This document shows, in pieces, positions 62,447 through 64,000 of a DNA stretch of 64,000 nucleotides (position 1 is the stretch's first letter; each line of letters starts with the position of its first letter). Below the pieces are notes generated by a model. That model was not told the DNA's origin and did no database searches. It saw only the letters and a list, made by a program, of their open reading frames with translations. Source of the stretch: Pristiophorus japonicus (lineage: Eukaryota); contig NC_091987.1 in assembly GCF_044704955.1 (NCBI RefSeq), positions 117,304,001 to 117,368,000 of the forward strand, given 5' to 3'. A program made the position numbers and the translations under genes.

Positions 62447-64000
62447 GTAAGTATCACTGCATTCATTAAATAAGTTGTTTAAGGAATGGTCTTATCACCA
62501 GTTTGAAAGAAACAGAATTGTATTTCATAGTCATAACATTACAGTGATAAAATTATATGACAAAGTGCTTTCATTCTATTTCCTTGGAAAAAAGAGTTAC
62601 ATAAATCTCTATTATAATATTTCTTGTGCCATTGCTTAAGTATTGACCATCACGTCTAGTTGCAATTTTCTTCTTCCTCGTTTGTTAAGTATAGGAGATT
62701 TTCTCCTTTCTAATTTGTTATATTGGCTAATTTCTATCAATCATATTGCACAAAATCTTTTGCCCAAATTTTAATTCACACTCTACCTAAAAGTTCTACG
62801 CATCACATTTCACCCCTAAAATTCTGCCATTATACATTCAAGAAAACAATTCTCTGAGATACAGTCACAATGCTTACCTGACTTACCTCATCAAAAAAAA
62901 ATTATTCACATAACAAACACACAAAAAGAAAAGCACAAACCTACTGATAAACTACACTTCAACAGCTTCCCTCTTCCACAAACATTGCGATTCACTCCAC
63001 TAGCCCCTGACCATATTGGCCTTCGGATTCATCATTTCACCCCATATTGCACAATCTTCATCTGGCCAGCTGACTTCTCACATTTGGAGGTTCAGTAACC
63101 ATCCTGATGTAAACAACCAAAATCCATGTGCACAGGAGTCTGTCTCCAATACAAATGATGACAATTGCCATGACTGTAAAGCATGTGGAAAGGGAAGTGC
63201 TTCTTTCTTCATACAACCAACATTATTCCTGAAATGCAGATGCTAACATATGAAAATAATGGGACAGGAAAATACTGGCTTGTCCATTGGGCCAGCCCTA
63301 TGCATGATGTCTTAACCATCATGGTTCACGACACCCTGTAAGATAATTCAAATCCGACAGCCAAATATGATTTGCAACTTAAACCATTTATTATGTTCGA
63401 CTAAATCTTTGGCACACGCAATGTCTCTAAGCAGTAGACATACAGAGAAGTAAACAATTTTACCCCATTTTTCTCCGGATAAAGATGTAAACTTCATCGA
63501 TGCTTTCGATCCTGACTCTCTCTACACATTGTTAAGGAAAGCTCAAGATCTTTATAGACTTCTAGTTAGGCACACTCTCCTTGCTGATGCATTATTTCCT
63601 GATAACAGTTATTGTGAACAAACCCCGCAGAAATGAGATTGTTCCTACAAAACTTTCAGATGACCAATCTGTTTGCCATTAAGCATGTAACTAATCATCT
63701 TAGCCCCATTGCCAATTTTTTTAAATCTCAAGACAATCAAGGCTATCTCATTTCACAATGTGGTAACAAAAAGAAGTCAGCAGGCACGAATTACACATCC
63801 TGCACTCACATCTGGCACATTCAGCAGAAGCTAAACAGCACAGTGAGCTCAATTGGACCCTGACACATTAAACCCTAAAGTATCTTGTGAATGAACAACT
63901 CTAACCATGTCATTGTTTCTAGCTTCAGTACAAATCTGCAAGCTATCTATAAGTAAAAAATAAAGCAAAAACTTTAATCATATGAGATTAAACCAAATCC

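Overview
Eukaryotic vertebrate genomic DNA, most likely from a cartilaginous fish (shark-type CR1, RTE and L2 LINEs, Deu-domain tRNA SINEs, short-LTR Gypsy elements, PIF/Harbinger transposons). Most of the window is transposable elements, including two deep nests (15.1-23.5 kb and 46.7-60.6 kb). The second nest holds a full-length CR1 with both ORFs intact. The one supportable host gene is the 5' part of an ADGRG4/GPR112-like adhesion GPCR on the + strand: a signal-peptide exon (40598-40709) splices in phase 1 to a pentraxin-domain exon (61814-62446), with a candidate CpG-rich promoter/5'UTR exon near 32.3-32.9 kb. The most unusual signal is at 24683-25717: an internally deleted CR1 copy with dense, strand-specific A-to-G substitutions (T-to-C on +) in an ADAR-like sequence context, apparently a hyper-edited RNA that was reverse-transcribed into the germline. 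Also notable: a 5'-inverted (twin-priming-like) RTE insertion with an 11-bp TSD, a perfect 33-bp-stem hairpin, and a 362-bp templated insertion that copies junctions between three elements. All alignments were made by eye, so repeat boundaries and counts are approximate.
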